A DNA stretch of 64,000 nucleotides from Marsupella aquatica (lineage: Eukaryota > Plantae > Marchantiophyta): NCBI GenBank assembly GCA_973895155.1, contig OZ316896.1:9011539-9075538 (forward strand), in the 5' to 3' direction. The position numbers and the translations under genes are program-made. Position 1 is the first letter of the stretch; every line of letters begins with the position of its first letter. Shown piece after piece: positions 63,948 to 64,000 of the stretch. Below the pieces are notes generated by a model. That model ran no database searches. It worked only from the letters and a program-made list of their open reading frames with translations, and had not been told where the DNA came from.

Positions 63948-64000
63948 GTAAGTACATACCGTAGGATACATAGTTTCCTTTACCCGCTAAACCCTGAACC

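Overview
This is eukaryotic, intron-containing nuclear DNA from a land plant. It is most likely a flagellated-sperm lineage such as a liverwort or other bryophyte (an inference from gene content and intron style). Recognisable host genes are CCB1 (+), an IQCE-like ciliary coiled-coil gene (-), plastid ribosomal protein S1 (-, CDS intronless), tRNA-Leu(CAA), an F-box gene (-), two tandem paralogous transmembrane+ARM-repeat genes (+), fatty acid amide hydrolase (-), and the 5' end of cytosolic TrpRS (+). The first ~8.2 kb looks like accessory or TE-derived DNA. There, phase-consistent GT-AG splice sites join the 774-aa ORF, a 90-nt exon and the 351-aa ORF into one protein of >1,100 aa. That protein carries a degenerate beta-class N4/N6 DNA-methyltransferase-like domain fused to an FCP1/NIF-type HAD phosphatase-like domain, next to a decayed coiled-coil ORF. 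Other notable items are two equal-length (264 nt) paralogous alternative terminal exons in the IQCE-like gene and a duplicated ~130-nt foldable element near 59.2-59.5 kb. There are also several tandem, inverted and MITE-like repeats. All family assignments come from motif recognition by eye; no database searches were run.
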